Notes under the pieces: generated by a model
What the model saw: only the letters and a program-made list of their open reading frames with translations
What the model was told of the DNA's origin: nothing
Databases searched by the model: none
From: Candidatus Electronema aureum
GTDB taxonomy: Bacteria > Desulfobacterota > Desulfobulbia > Desulfobulbales > Desulfobulbaceae
Direction of reading: 5' to 3'
Length of the DNA stretch: 25,850 nucleotides
Assembly: GCA_004284765.1 (NCBI GenBank)
Contig: NQJD01000034.1
Coordinates: 1 to 25,850, forward strand
Part shown: piece by piece, positions 25,664 through 25,850 of the stretch
How the letters are laid out: each line of letters opens with the position of its first letter
Position numbering within the stretch: position 1 is the stretch's first letter
Made by a program: the position numbers and the translations under genes

Positions 25664-25850
25664 ATGGATCGAGACGATTTTGTTATTGCTGTCTTTCTGC
25701 TTGTCTGTGAACAATACGGTGTCATCAGGCAGCAATGTCGGCTGCGGCGGGGCGGATTTAACCCTGCCTTAACAGATGAAGAAGTCATCACTATGGAAAT
25801 CTGCGGCGAGTATTTCAAACTCGAATGTGATAAGGACATCTTCGCATACT
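25664..25850 (+). CDS. DDE transposase N-terminus (IS982/IS4-like style), truncated by the window end
   Basis: The frame is open to the window end, so it is absent from the ORF track. AAGGAG lies 7 nt upstream of the ATG. The translation MDRDDFVIAVFLLVCEQY...RRGGFNPALTDEEVITMEICGEYFKLECDKDIFAY resembles the N-terminal DDF...(S/T)D.E(V/I)IT...F module of several IS transposases. The family assignment is uncertain. Confidence 0.5.
   Translation, partial: MDRDDFVIAVFLLVCEQYGVIRQQCRLRRGGFNPALTDEEVITMEICGEYFKLECDKDIFAY

Noticed and set aside
24793-25850. Direct repeat of the tRNA-Glu or tRNA-Lys 3' end that would delimit a tRNA-targeted genomic island.
   Set aside because: I found no second copy of the tRNA 3' segments downstream within the window. 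Any island boundary, if one exists, lies beyond 25850, so no island coordinates are claimed.

Overview
This is a chromosomal window from a Gram-negative bacterium. The Lol lipoprotein export genes, an AsmA-like protein and PdxA point that way; a Desulfobacterota/Proteobacteria-type genome is only an inference. GC-rich housekeeping genes form the backbone: pyrK-pyrD-aroD, aroE, ahcY, lysS, lolE-lolD, crcB, rfbA-rfbD-yraN-pdxA-tmk, an M23 peptidase and a tRNA-Lys/tRNA-Glu pair. Several patches that look AT-richer by eye (not computed) interrupt this backbone and carry the non-routine content. (1) A roughly 4 kb segment lies between lysS and lolE. It holds a low-GC HNH nuclease with an unassignable N-terminal domain, followed by a tightly coupled three-gene operon: an unknown 396-aa protein, a protein-kinase-like-fold small-molecule kinase, and a HAD hydrolase with an atypical D-x-N-G-T motif. 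(2) A tandem pair of stand-alone CZB (zinc-binding sensor) domain proteins sits next to a small 4-Cys protein. (3) A diverged second copy of the ahcY 3' end flanks a ~350 bp AT-rich insert, which looks like an integration scar. (4) An IS graveyard (decayed IS1-family element, IS30 transposase fragment, perfect 26-bp inverted repeat) lies upstream of the tRNA genes. Downstream of the tRNAs there is a small-ORF islet, and another transposase gene runs off the window end. (5) tmk and the Lys/Arg-rich tail of the M23 peptidase overlap convergently by 155 nt. No CRISPR array, rRNA or recognisable known defence operon was seen. All functional calls rest on motif recognition by eye, with no database search.
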